A stretch of 64,000 bases of DNA from an uncultured Candidatus Rokubacteria bacterium. GTDB taxonomy: Bacteria; Methylomirabilota; Methylomirabilia; Rokubacteriales; CSP1-6. A program made the translations under genes and the position numbers. The stretch's first letter is position 1; each line of letters begins with the position of its first letter. Under the pieces are notes generated by a model that did no database searches, was not told the DNA's origin, and saw nothing but the letters and a program-made list of their open reading frames with translations. This document shows positions 18,481-30,031 of this stretch, one piece after another. The stretch spans positions 384,001 to 448,000 of the forward strand of contig CAVXJS010000014.1 in the NCBI GenBank assembly GCA_963762145.1. The letters are read 5' to 3'.

Positions 18481-20109
18481 CTACTTGTCCAGCCACACCT
18501 CTTGCATCCGCCCGTAGTTGTAGAGCGCGTTGTGGGGGACGAGGTTCTTCACGTGGGGCCAGCGCGCGAAGTATTCCTTGCGCCAGCCCAGCATCGGGCG
18601 CGCCACGTCGGTCTCGAGCTTGCGCTGGATGTCGGCCACCAGCTTGAGCCGTTTGGTGCGGTCCAGCTCCTGCGACTGCTGGTCGATCAGCCGGTCCATC
18701 TCCTCGCTGCAGTAGTCGGTGTAGTTGCGCGGTGACCCGCACTTGTAGTTCTCGAAGAGGTACGCGTCGGGATCGTCGAACCCGCCAGCGGTCAGATTGG
18801 CCCCGATCTGGAAGTCCCGCCGCGAGAGGGCCGGGAACCAGGCCGCGGTGTCGAGCTGCTTGAGAGTGGCCTCCATCCCGATCAGGCGGAGCTGGTCCAC
18901 CACGTAGGACGCGAGGTCGAGGTAGATCGGCAGCGTCCGGGTGACGAGGTCCACTCGGAGCGGCTTGTCGGGCCCATATCCGGCGCCGGCGAGGAGCCGC
19001 TTGGCCTCTGCCTTGTCCTTGGCGGGGTCGCGGTAGCCGGCCAGCGTGCGGAGCTCCGCGTCGGGCAGACCCCAGAAGCCGAGCGGCTTGGGCATGAGGG
19101 CGGCGCCGGTGACCGCGCCGTTCTGGCGGACGCCCCGGACGTAGGCGTTGCGGTCGAGCGCGAGGTTGACCGCCTGGCGCACCACCGGGTTGTCGAACGG
19201 CGCGCGCTTGTGGTTCAGGATCACGTTGTCGCTGCCGTTCTGCCCGACCTCGGTGATGACGATCGCCGGCGCCTGGGCCTTGACCGCGTCGGCCATCGCC
19301 TTCGTCATCTCGAGCGGCAGGAAGGCCTCGACCCGCCCGGCCTGCAGCGCGGCGAGGCGCGTACCCCGCTCCCGGATGATGGTGTAGCGGATGCCGTCGA
19401 GGTAGGGCCGATCCGGCACGAAGTAGCTCGGGTTGCGCTCCAGCTCGATGAGCTGCCCTCGCAGGTACTCCTTGTGGCGGAAGGGGCCGGTGCCGACGCA
19501 GCGCTGACGGAGATCGGCGACCGGCACGTGGGCCGGATAGACCGGGGAGTAGCCGGAGGCGAACATCAGGAGCAGCGACGGCTGCGGCCGCCTCAGCCGG
19601 AAGACCACCGTATGGGGCTCCGGGGTCTCGATGGCTTCCACGTTCGCGTACCAGTCCTTGCGGGGGCTCGTGCGCATCTTGGTCGCGCTGTCCGGCGCCT
19701 CGCGGACCATGTCGAAGGTGTGCTTGACGTCGCGCGCGGTGAACGGCTTGCCGTCGTGCCACGTCACGTTCTTCCGCAGGAAGAGCACCAGGTTCCGGAA
19801 GTTGTCCTGCCACGACCACCGCTCTGCGAGCTCGGGGATGACCGTCTCCGCGCTGTCGAGCGGCTTCAGCGGGTCGAAGATCACGAGGTTCGAGTAGCAC
19901 GGCGACATGGGCCAGACGTTCGAGATGGTGGCCGATTCGTGGACGAGCAGCCCCGGGGGGTCCTCGGTCAGCACCGAGTTGAGGATCCCTCCGCGCTTGG
20001 GCGTGGCGCTCTGGGCGCTCGCGGGCTTCGTGACGAGGACCGCCGTGACCAGGATCAGGAGCGCGAGGACCACGGACGGCAGAGCACGTCGGGGCATGGA
20101 GTTCTCCAT
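18481..20109 (-). CDS. ABC transporter substrate-binding protein, family 5 (peptide/nickel)
   Basis: Signal peptide, PKRGGIL, PELAERW, WHDGKPFTARDV, VGTGPF, PFDNPVVRQA. Confidence 0.92.
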   Translation of the reverse strand: MENSMPRRALPSVVLALLILVTAVLVTKPASAQSATPKRGGILNSVLTEDPPGLLVHESATISNVWPMSPCYSNLVIFDPLKPLDSAETVIPELAERWSWQDNFRNLVLFLRKNVTWHDGKPFTARDVKHTFDMVREAPDSATKMRTSPRKDWYANVEAIETPEPHTVVFRLRRPQPSLLLMFASGYSPVYPAHVPVADLRQRCVGTGPFRHKEYLRGQLIELERNPSYFVPDRPYLDGIRYTIIRERGTRLAALQAGRVEAFLPLEMTKAMADAVKAQAPAIVITEVGQNGSDNVILNHKRAPFDNPVVRQAVNLALDRNAYVRGVRQNGAVTGAALMPKPLGFWGLPDAELRTLAGYRDPAKDKAEAKRLLAGAGYGPDKPLRVDLVTRTLPIYLDLASYVVDQLRLIGMEATLKQLDTAAWFPALSRRDFQIGANLTAGGFDDPDAYLFENYKCGSPRNYTDYCSEEMDRLIDQQSQELDRTKRLKLVADIQRKLETDVARPMLGWRKEYFARWPHVKNLVPHNALYNYGRMQEVWLDK

Positions 20110-20118
20110 CGGTCTGGG

Positions 20119-20914
20119 CTAGTGCATCACGAGGCCACCGGTGACGTTGATGGCCTGGCCGGTCATGTAGGACGACTTGCTGGAGGCGAGGAAGCCCACG
20201 AGGTTGGCCACGTCCTCCGCGGTCTCGATGCGGCCCAGCGGGATCTGCTCGACGCGCTGCTTGAGGTACTCGCCGGGCTTGAGGCCGAAGAGCTTCTCGC
20301 CCGCTTCCCGATCGATCTGGAAGATCATGTCCGTCTCCACGATGCCGGGGCACACGCAGTTGGCGCGGATGCCGTCGGCGGCGTGAGCCAGGGCCAGGCT
20401 CTTGGTCATGCTGATCACCGCGGCCTTGGTGATGCCGTAGACCAGCGAGGTCTTGAGCCCGATCTTGCCCGCCATCGAGGCCAGGCTGATGATGTTGCCG
20501 CGTTTTGCCTTCACCATGTGGCGCAGCACCGCCTGGCTCGCGAAGAAGACGCCCTTGGCGTTGACCGCGAGCAGCCGGTCCCAGTCGTCCTCGGTCACGT
20601 CCACGGTGTGGGCGGAGCGATGGATGCCCGCGTTGTTGACCAGGATGTCGATGCGCCCGAGCTCGGCCACGGTGCGGTCGGCCATGGCCTGCAGATCGGC
20701 CATGCGGGTGACGTCGGTGCGGAGGGCGAGCGCCCGGCGCCCGAGCTTGCGCACCTCGTCCGCGGTGCGCTTGACTGGTGGCCTCGTCCATCTCGGCCAC
20801 CACGATGTCGGCCCCCATGCTCGCGAGCTCCATCGCGATGGCGCGGCCGATGTTACGCCCCGCGCCGGTGACGATCGCGGCCTGTCCCTGGAGGTCCATC
20901 TGGGTGCCGGCCAT
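20119..20914 (-). CDS. SDR family oxidoreductase (one frameshift near 20775)
   Basis: TGAGRNIG lies in one frame. IDILVNNAG, YGITK and NCVCPG lie in the other. Removing one base restores a complete SDR. Confidence 0.85.
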
Positions 20915-20915
20915 C

Positions 20916-21332
20916 TCAGCAGCAGCCGCCGGCGATCGTCGCCTTGGTCCGCTGGATCAGCTCGAGGCGCACGTCGTCCGGGGCCTGCACGAAGCAGATG
21001 CGGGGGCCGCCCGGGATCTCGATCGGTCCTTCGAGCAGCCTGGCCCCCAGGCCTTCCAGCCGCATGATGTCGGCCTCGAGGTTCTCGGAGTCGAACCCGA
21101 AGTGCTCGAGACCGTGGTGCGCCTTCGCATCGCCCGCGCCGAGCTTCTCATTGGTCCGCGCGCCCGAGATGTTCACCGGGGTGCCGTCCTCGCTCTGGCA
21201 GCGCACGAAGCGGTCGCCGAAGACCCGCGTCTCGTCGGAGAGGATCTTGAACGCGAAGGCCTTCACGTACCAGTCGGCGGTCTTGCGGGGATCGGAGGCC
21301 TTCAGATGGATGTGATTGATCCGGTAGGGCAT
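20916..21332 (-). CDS. VOC/glyoxalase family protein
   Basis: MPYRINHIHL, GLEHFGF, FVQAPDDVRLELIQ. Confidence 0.88.
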   Translation of the reverse strand: MPYRINHIHLKASDPRKTADWYVKAFAFKILSDETRVFGDRFVRCQSEDGTPVNISGARTNEKLGAGDAKAHHGLEHFGFDSENLEADIMRLEGLGARLLEGPIEIPGGPRICFVQAPDDVRLELIQRTKATIAGGCC

Positions 21333-21449
21333 GGCGGTGTCCTTTCGGCTGAGGTATCGTCGGTGGCGCTGCCGCGCTCGGTGCCGCGCTAGAGAATAGT
21401 AGGACCCGCTCGCCGGTTCAAGGACCGGTGCGTTCAAGAGGAGCGATCC

Positions 21450-22343
21450 ATGGACATCGGCTGCCACCTTCCCAACCAGGGCCCGCTGGCCAACGGCGAG
21501 GCCCTCACCCGCTTCTGCCGCGAGGCCGAGCAGCGCAACGTCGCCTCGCTCTGGGTGAGCGACCACGTGATCTTCCCGCGCACCGCCACCGGCAGCTATC
21601 CGGGCGGGCGCTTCCCGCATCCGCCCGACAAGCCGTATCTGGAGCCGGTGACGGTGCTGGCCGCCGCCGCGGTCCTCACGGCGCGCGCGCGCCTCGGGGC
21701 CTCGGTCTTCATCCTCGGGCACCGCCACCCGGTGGCGATGGCCAAGATGCTCACCAGCATCGACGCGCTCTCCCGCGGCCGGCTCATCTGCGGCGTGGGC
21801 GTGGGGTGGTGGAAGGAGGAGCTCGAGATCCTGGGCGTGCCCTTCCACGCGCGCGGCCGCCACGGCGACGAGATCCTGCGCGCGTTCAAGGCGCTCTGGA
21901 CCGAGGACAACCCGCGTCTCGACGGCGAGTTCTTCCGCTTCCGCGATCTGGGCTTCGCGCCCAAGCCGGTGCAGAAGCCGCACCCGCCGATCTGGGTCGG
22001 CGGCGACAGCCCGGGCGCGTTCCGCCGCGTGGTCACGCTGGGCGACGGCTGGCACGCGACGTCCAAGGATCCGGCCCAGCTTCGCGAGGGCCTGGGGCGC
22101 CTGGGCAAGGTCGCCGACCAGCACAAGCGCGACATGAAGACGATCGAGATCTCGGTGCGCTACAGCCTGCCCGACACGCTGATCGCGGGCGGGCCCCAGG
22201 CGGCGATCGACGAGCTCGCCGGCTACAAGCGCCTCGGCCTGACCCACGTCCTGATCGACTTCCGCCGCGACGACCTGACGCGCATGCTCGAGCTGCTCGA
22301 CCTGGTGACCGCTACCATCCGCCCCGCCGTGGAGAAAGCCTAG
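21450..22343 (+). CDS. LLM-class (probable F420-dependent) oxidoreductase
   Basis: SLWVSDHVIFP, RHPVAMAK, GVGVGWWKEE, PKPVQKPHPPIWVGG. Confidence 0.9.
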   Translation: MDIGCHLPNQGPLANGEALTRFCREAEQRNVASLWVSDHVIFPRTATGSYPGGRFPHPPDKPYLEPVTVLAAAAVLTARARLGASVFILGHRHPVAMAKMLTSIDALSRGRLICGVGVGWWKEELEILGVPFHARGRHGDEILRAFKALWTEDNPRLDGEFFRFRDLGFAPKPVQKPHPPIWVGGDSPGAFRRVVTLGDGWHATSKDPAQLREGLGRLGKVADQHKRDMKTIEISVRYSLPDTLIAGGPQAAIDELAGYKRLGLTHVLIDFRRDDLTRMLELLDLVTATIRPAVEKA

Positions 22344-22347
22344 GGCT

Positions 22348-22433
22348 GGGGTCAGGTCTTGAATTACGACATTTTCTAGCCGGTCAGCCGATACGGCGCG
22401 CGGCGGAAATGTCGTAATTCAAGACCTGACCCC
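22348..22433. repeat. REP-like inverted-repeat pair, family A
   Basis: 27-bp arms GGGGTCAGGTCTTGAATTACGACATTT (22348-22374) and AAATGTCGTAATTCAAGACCTGACCCC (22407-22433), between convergent genes. Confidence 0.9.
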
Positions 22434-22436
22434 TTT

Positions 22437-23843
<1,407 letters not shown>

Positions 23844-23859
23844 CGTCTGCTCCCGGGGC

Positions 23860-25048
23860 AGGGTTCCGTCACCGGCGGCGCGGTGACCGCGGCCGCCGCC
23901 TCGCGGAGGCCGAGGATCTCGTAGAGCGTCTCGCGATCCTTCATGCCCTTGAGCTTCGGCGAGCCGAGCTCGCGATACCGCACGAGGTCCTCGACCTCGC
24001 CGGAAGGTGCCTCCTCGGCGGCGATGATATGCGCGTCGAACAGGCGTGTCATGCGCTGGATGCGCGCGGCCGCGATCATGGGCCGCCCCACCACGATCAG
24101 CTCGCGGCGCTCGGCGGAGCCGATCGTGCCCGCCATCACCGGGCCCGAGGCGATCCCGACGCCGATGTCGAAGCGGGGCAGGCCCTCGGCGGCCCAGCGC
24201 GCGGCGAGGCGCCGGACCGCCGCCACCATGTCGATGGCGGCGCGCACCGCCCGCGCCGGCGCGTCCGGGCCCGTCCTCGGTGCACGCCGAACAGCACGAC
24301 GATCTCGTCGCCGATGAGCTGCTCGACCGTGCCCTGGTGGCGGAAGATCACCTCGATCATCTCGGCGAGGTACCCGTCGAGGAGGCGGATGACCACGGGC
24401 CCGGGCGTGGTCTCGATCAGGCGGGTGTAGCCGCGGATGTCGGCGAAGAGCACGGTGGCCTCGCGCCAGTCGCCGGTGCGCGGGCAGGAGCTCGGGGTTG
24501 CCGAGCGCCATGTCGGCGAGCCGGGGCGAGACGTAGCGCTGGAGCTGGGCGCGCACCGAGGCCTCGCGGACCAGCGCGGTCCTGGGTCGGCCCGCAGGTG
24601 GCGAGGGTCTGCCTCGAGGTCGGCGTTCTTCGCCGCGAGGTCGCGCAGCGAGCTGCTCGCGCTCGCTCGCGCAGGCGATGGCGCTCCACGCCGCGGCCGG
24701 ACGGTGTGACGGAGCTCCGTGGGGTCCCACGGCTTGAGGAGGAAGTGGTAGATGTTCGCCGCGTTGATCGACTCCATCAGCGCGTCGGCGTCGGTGAAGG
24801 CGGTGAGGAGGACGCGCACCGCGTCGGGCGCGACCTCGCGGCGCGCGGGTCAGCAGCTCGGTGCCGCGTCATCCCGGGCATGCGCTGGTCGCTCACCACG
24901 ACCGCGACCTCCTCCCGGCCGAGGAGGTCGAGGGCGGCGGCGGGCCGGTCGGCCCGCAGCACGCGGTAGTCCATGGCGAGCAGCGCCTCGAGGGAGTCGA
25001 GCACCCGCGGCTCGTCGTCGACGAGGAGGACGGTCGCCTGGCGGTCAC
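23860..25048 (-). CDS. Response regulator receiver fused to class III nucleotidyl cyclase-like domain (frameshifted; 3' end approximate)
   Basis: REC domain (VSDQRMP, LLTAFTD, LLKPWD), then LQRYVSP, TVLFADIRGYT, IGDEIVVLFG, GVGIASG, ARIQ, KLKG. GTG overlaps the kinase stop. Confidence 0.8.
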
Positions 25049-27304
25049 TGGGCGCTCGGGGCCGCGGTCCGGCTCATCGGCAGGCGGACCGTGAAGACCG
25101 CGCCGCCGTCCGGCGGGCTCTCGGCCCGGATCTCGCCGCCGTGCTTCTTGACGATCTCGTAGCTGATCGACAGCCCGAGGCCGGTGCCCTCGCCGACCGG
25201 CTTGGTGGTGAAGAACGGGTCGAAGACGCGGCCGATCACGTCGGCCGGAATGCCGGGCCCGGTGTCGGCGATGCGGATCACCGCGCATCCCGTCCTCCGA
25301 CCGCGTCTCGATGGTGATGGTGCCCTGGCCCGGGGATCGCCTGGGCGGCGTTGGCGAGCAGGTTCAGGAAGACCTGGTCGATCTGCGAGCGGACGCACTC
25401 GACGGTCCGCGAGCTCGCCCGTAGTCACGGACCACCGTGACCCGGTCCTTCAGCAGGTGGTTCAGCAGGGTGAGGCTCGACTCGAGCTCCTCGTGCAGGA
25501 TCGACCGCCTGCCACACGTCGTCCGGCGTGCGGGCGAACACGCGCAGGTCGCGCGACGATCTTGCGCGTGCGCTCGGCGCCCTCCCGGATGCCCGCGGGT
25601 CATCGAGTCGAGGTACTTGAGCGCGTAGTCGACCTGCAGCTCGCCCCTCCGCGCCTGGATCCGCTCGCGGGCCGCCTCCGGGAGCGGCGCGTCCTGGTAG
25701 ATCTCGAGCATGCCCCGGAGGCGCCGGACGAAGTCGTCGAGGGTGGCGACGTTGGAGGAGACGAAGCCGATCGGATTGTTGAGCTCGTGGGCGACGCCCG
25801 CCACGAGCTGGCCGACCGAGGCCATCTTCTCGCGCTGGATGAGCTGCATCTGGGTGGCCTGCAGATCGCGGTAGGCGCCCCGCAGCTCCTCGTTGGTGAC
25901 CCGCAGCTGCTCGGTGCGGACCCGCACCTTGTCCTCGAGGCTGCGGGACAGCTCCTCGATGGTCTGGAAGCTCTCGGCCTTGTCCACGGCGAGCGCCACC
26001 TGGTTGGCCACCGCGGCGAGCAGCTCCACGTCCCCCTCGTGGAACCGGTCCGGCTCCTCGGCGCTCACGGTGAGGACGCCCAGGACCCGGTCTCGCACGC
26101 GCAGCGGCGTGGCGAGGAAGCTGCGGACGCGGTGGGCGCGGACGAGGTCCCGGTGGATGGGGACCGACGCGCGCTCCACGTCGTTGACCAGCACCGGCTC
26201 GCCGGTGACCGCGGCGCGGCCGCTCGCGCTCGCCTCCGCGTCGAGTGGCAACTCGATCCCCTCGAAGGATGCGAGCGCTCGGATCGGTAGCCGCCATCTG
26301 ATGGCCGCGCAGTACACGGCGCGGCCGGTCCACCAGGAAGAGCTGCGCGCGCTGGTAGCCCATGCGGTGGACGAGCCGGGTCGAGGGTCTGGTCGTAGAT
26401 CTTCTCGGGGTCCAGGGTGGCGCTCACCGCTGCGCTCAGGTCGGTGAGGAGGGAGAGCTGCTCGATCCTGGTCTCGAGCTCGGCGAAACTTCTTCTCGAG
26501 CTCGCGGTTCGAGTAGATGATCTCCTCGGACTGCAGATCGAGGAGCCGCTGGGTGTGGCGGCGCCGGCGTCCCTCGCGGACCGAGTAGCCGAGGGCCCCA
26601 CCCGCGATCAGGGGGAGCGGCGTCAGCGCCGCGAGCAGCCAGCCGCCCCCCGTGACCGCGTCCACCACGCCGAGGGCGGTCGATCCGGCTGCGCCCGCGA
26701 GAGTGGGCAGCCAGAAGTGCCGACCGAGCGAGGGATTCCTCCACCGCACCTCCCACCGGCAGGCGTCGCCTCCGCGGGCCGCGCAGGTGCTCTCGATGAT
26801 CCGGGCGCGGGGCAGGCCCCAGTTGGTCGGGAAGCGCTCGATTTGCGCCTTGAGCCACGCGCACGTCCAGAGAGGCATCCAGTACCCGGGGAGGAGCGTC
26901 CACTTGTAGCGGGCGCGGCGGCGACCGACCTCGAGCACCTCGAGCCGGTAGAATCGGCTCTGCTGCTGGTAGATCGTCGCAATGCGCTCGTACGCGGCGC
27001 GCGGATGGCCGATGCCCATGGAGTACGTGCCCAGGTAGGACCGCTCCTCGCGCGGCTTCCAGTCCATGAAGGACTCGCCGAAGCGGCGGGCCCAGCGCTC
27101 CTCGTCCGGCTCGTTCATGAGCCGCTGGGCGACCCGCACCACCTGGTCGGCGACCTCGAGCGGAATCCAGTTGTGGTCGGCCATGAGGTAGTCGCGCGAG
27201 CGGCCCGCGACGCGGCAGATCGCGGCGACCCCCTCGGCGCCTACCTCCTTCTCCACGAAGGGGATGAGCCCCTTCGTGAAGATGCAGTTGACCTCGCCCG
27301 GCAC
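25045..27304 (-). CDS. Membrane sensor histidine kinase with N-terminal V4R/HNOB-like domain and GAF (frameshifted)
   Basis: N-terminal [18 protein letters not shown], two TM segments, GAF ([17 protein letters not shown]), H-box [40 protein letters not shown]. Confidence 0.85.
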
Positions 27305-27310
27305 GGGGGC

Positions 27311-27874
27311 TCAGCTCGGCTTGAAGACGAGCTTGGAGCTGACATTCACCGGCTTGGCGATGGTATCCCCCACCGGGGACTTCCGATCGATGGTCTCCTT
27401 GACCCGGCGGATCTTCTCCTCGGAGGCCGGGCTCTGGATGGTCACGGTGTAGCGGATGTCGGCGAAGCCGTTGCGCACCGACTTGTCGTGGCCGAGCAGG
27501 CCGCGGAAGTCGATGTCCGCCTCCATGTCCACCGTGATCCCGTCGATCGGGATGTCGAAGAGCGCTCCGTTGGTGGCGATGCCGGAGATGAGGCACCCCG
27601 CGAAGGCCCCCACCAGGCTCTCCGCCGCGGTCGGGGCCGCGTCCACTCCACCCAGCGCCCCCGGGCCGTCCATGGTGACGAAGAAGCGCCGGGTGGGCGG
27701 GGTGACCGCGGCTCCCGCGCTCTCCTGCGCGCCGATCTCGACCAGGGCCTTGATCCCGCGCTTCCACGTCGAGCGCACCTTCACCGTGCGCTTGCCCGCC
27801 TCCGGATTCTCACGGACCCGCTTGTCGAATGCCTTGATGCCGTCCACGTCCACGTCGTTCAGTCCGAGTGCCAT
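27311..27874 (-). CDS. OsmC-like family protein (single Cys)
   Basis: MDGPGALGG.DAAPTAAE..VGAFAGCL, EADIDFRGLLG, KSPVGDTI. AAGGAGGAGG RBS. Confidence 0.85.
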   Translation of the reverse strand: MALGLNDVDVDGIKAFDKRVRENPEAGKRTVKVRSTWKRGIKALVEIGAQESAGAAVTPPTRRFFVTMDGPGALGGVDAAPTAAESLVGAFAGCLISGIATNGALFDIPIDGITVDMEADIDFRGLLGHDKSVRNGFADIRYTVTIQSPASEEKIRRVKETIDRKSPVGDTIAKPVNVSSKLVFKPS

Positions 27875-27929
27875 GGTGTCCTCCTCCTTGTCGAATGGGT
27901 CGGGGGTACAGGGAATGCCCGGGAGCGTG

Positions 27930-30024
27930 TCATCGGCGCCCTCCGATCAAGGGCGCGAGCAGCGCGGCGGCGCGACGGGCGCCGTTTGTGTCGACGTCGC
28001 GATACAGCACCGGATGCTTGAGCCCTTCCGCGACCGCGTGGGCGAGCGTCTCGGGATCGGTCTCCGCGTAGTCCATGCGCACTCCGGCGCGGTAGCGGGC
28101 GAGCCGGTGCGGCACGTGGACGTTCTGCTCGAAGTGATTCCGGATCGGAAAGTAGAGGAACGGCCGCTTGGTGGCGGTCAGCTCCATGCAGGTGCTGAGG
28201 CCGCCCTGCACGATCGCCAGGTCGCAGCCGGCCAGGTGCGCGTAGAGATCGGGCACGAAGGATCGCAGCTCGACCCCGGGAGTCGGCGGGAACGCGGCCG
28301 GGTCGATCCGCGGCCCGGTCACCACGATCAGCCGGACCTCCGGGGATCGCCGTCGGATCTCGGGCCCGGCCGCGACCACCTTGGCGAGCAGGTGCCGGCC
28401 GACCGCGGTGCCGCCCACCGCGGCGAGGACGACCCGCTCGTCCGGCCGGAACCCGAGCCGCGCGCGCAGCGCGTCGCGGTCCGCGAACTCGGCCGGGTCG
28501 AAGGGCAGCACGTAGCCCGGGAACTCGTAGTGGGCGCTCGTCCACTCCCGGATGCCGGGGAGGCCCGGCCCGAATGGGCGGTCCACCACGTCGTCGGGGT
28601 CGCCCACGAAGAGGGCCCGGTCGCGGACACGCGGGAACCGGGCGACGTGCTCGATCATCTCCGCGTTGTAGTCGGCGGCCAGCGCGGCCTCGCGCGCGCC
28701 GGGTCGCGGGTCCATCGGCAGCCAGCCCACGAAGTCGGTGAGCCACGCGAACGGGGCCCGCTTCAGCTCCGGGTTCTCGTGGAGGTAGTGGTCGATCTCC
28801 CAGGCCTCGTCGCCGATCACCAGATCGTACGGCTCGGCCTCGAGTACGTCGTGGAGGACCATGAAGTTGGCGAGCAGGATCTCGTCCATGTTCCGCCAGG
28901 CCTGGAAGACGTGGAGATCGTGCTCCCCCGCCTCGGACTCCAGATGAACCGACTCCCCGGCCAGGAGCCGGCTCGCCGGGTGGACATGCTCCCCCCGCGC
29001 CTCCAGCACGCGGGTCACCGGATCCTGGGCGAGCCAGTGGATCTCGAGCTCAGGGTGGAGCGCGCGGAGCTCGCGGGCGATCGCGACATCACGAAGGGAG
29101 TGGCCGAGGCCGATCGGGCTCGAGACGAACAGGGCGCGCTTCGGCCGCGCCATCGCCCGCCGCCACGTCCGGCGCAATGGGGCCGGCGCCTGAAAGAAGT
29201 CGCGGAGCAAGAGGTTCGTACCGGACCGGCTGGCGGGCTCCGGGGGCGTGACCCGTGCCTTCGAAGACGCACCAGCGCGGAGCCGGCGATCGCCGCGTGA
29301 GCGCGCTCGGCGAGGCGCGAGGGGGCGGATCCGGTCCGAGTCCCCGTGAATGATGAGCGTCGGCACGAGGACCCGGGGCAAGAGCTTTGCCAGCGGCTCG
29401 TGATGCGGATACTCATTCATCGTCGCAATCAGGATATCCGGGGTGGTCTCGCGCCCCCACGACACGCCGTCCTCGCGCGGCTTCGTCGAGTGAGGCTCGG
29501 GGAAGCACTCGTCGAAGAAGAACTCCAGGAAGTCCTCGAAGTGCTCGCGCCAGTAATGGGCGTTGAACCGCTGCCAGCCGTCGTAGCTGGCGCGGGGCGT
29601 GTGGAAGTGCTCAGCCCCACGGAGCGCGTCGTCGAGCCCGGGCGCGACCAGAACGAGCCGCTCGACGCGCTCTGGGTGGTCCGCGGCGAGGATCGCGCCG
29701 TGCCAGGCACTGCGGGACTTGCAGACCAGCGAGGCCCTCGCGGTCCCCGTCGCGTCGAGCACGGCGAGGGCGTGGGCGACCGCGGTGCCGTGATCGTAGC
29801 CGCGCTCGGGACGCCCCGACCGGCCGTTCCCGGGCGGATCGAACGTGATCACGCGGAAGTGCCGCGCGAAGTACGGGACCTGCATCTTCCAGATCCGGCT
29901 GTCGGACGATCTGCCAAGGCGGAATGAGCATGACGGTGCGCTCACCGGCCCCGTGCTCCTCCCAGTAGATCCGCGTTCCCTGCGACTCCGCGTACCCTTC
30001 CCGATCCGGCTCGTGCGCGCGCAT
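27930..30024 (-). CDS. Alpha/beta hydrolase fused to GT-B (MurG/GT28-like) glycosyltransferase, copy 2 (frameshifted)
   Basis: MRAHEPDREGYAE..., WKMQVPYFARHFRVITFDPPGNGRS, HGDSD, GH, then SSPIGLGHSLRD...AIVQGGLSTCMEL...YFPIRNHFEQ. Confidence 0.82.
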
Positions 30025-30031
30025 CGATCGC

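Noticed and set aside
17417-20914. Apparent 1165-aa SDR-LLM fusion
   Set aside because: Artefact of the SDR frameshift running off-frame through the SBP gene into the LLM gene, which has its own start at 18478.
20914-20924. VOC protein ending GGCC-TGA as Sec read-through
   Set aside because: The domain is already complete, and the next gene starts 1 nt later in another frame.
23860-25048. Cyclase as a Pycsar/CBASS-type anti-phage system
   Set aside because: It is REC-fused within a two-component operon, and no adjacent cyclic-nucleotide-binding TIR or TM effector was seen.
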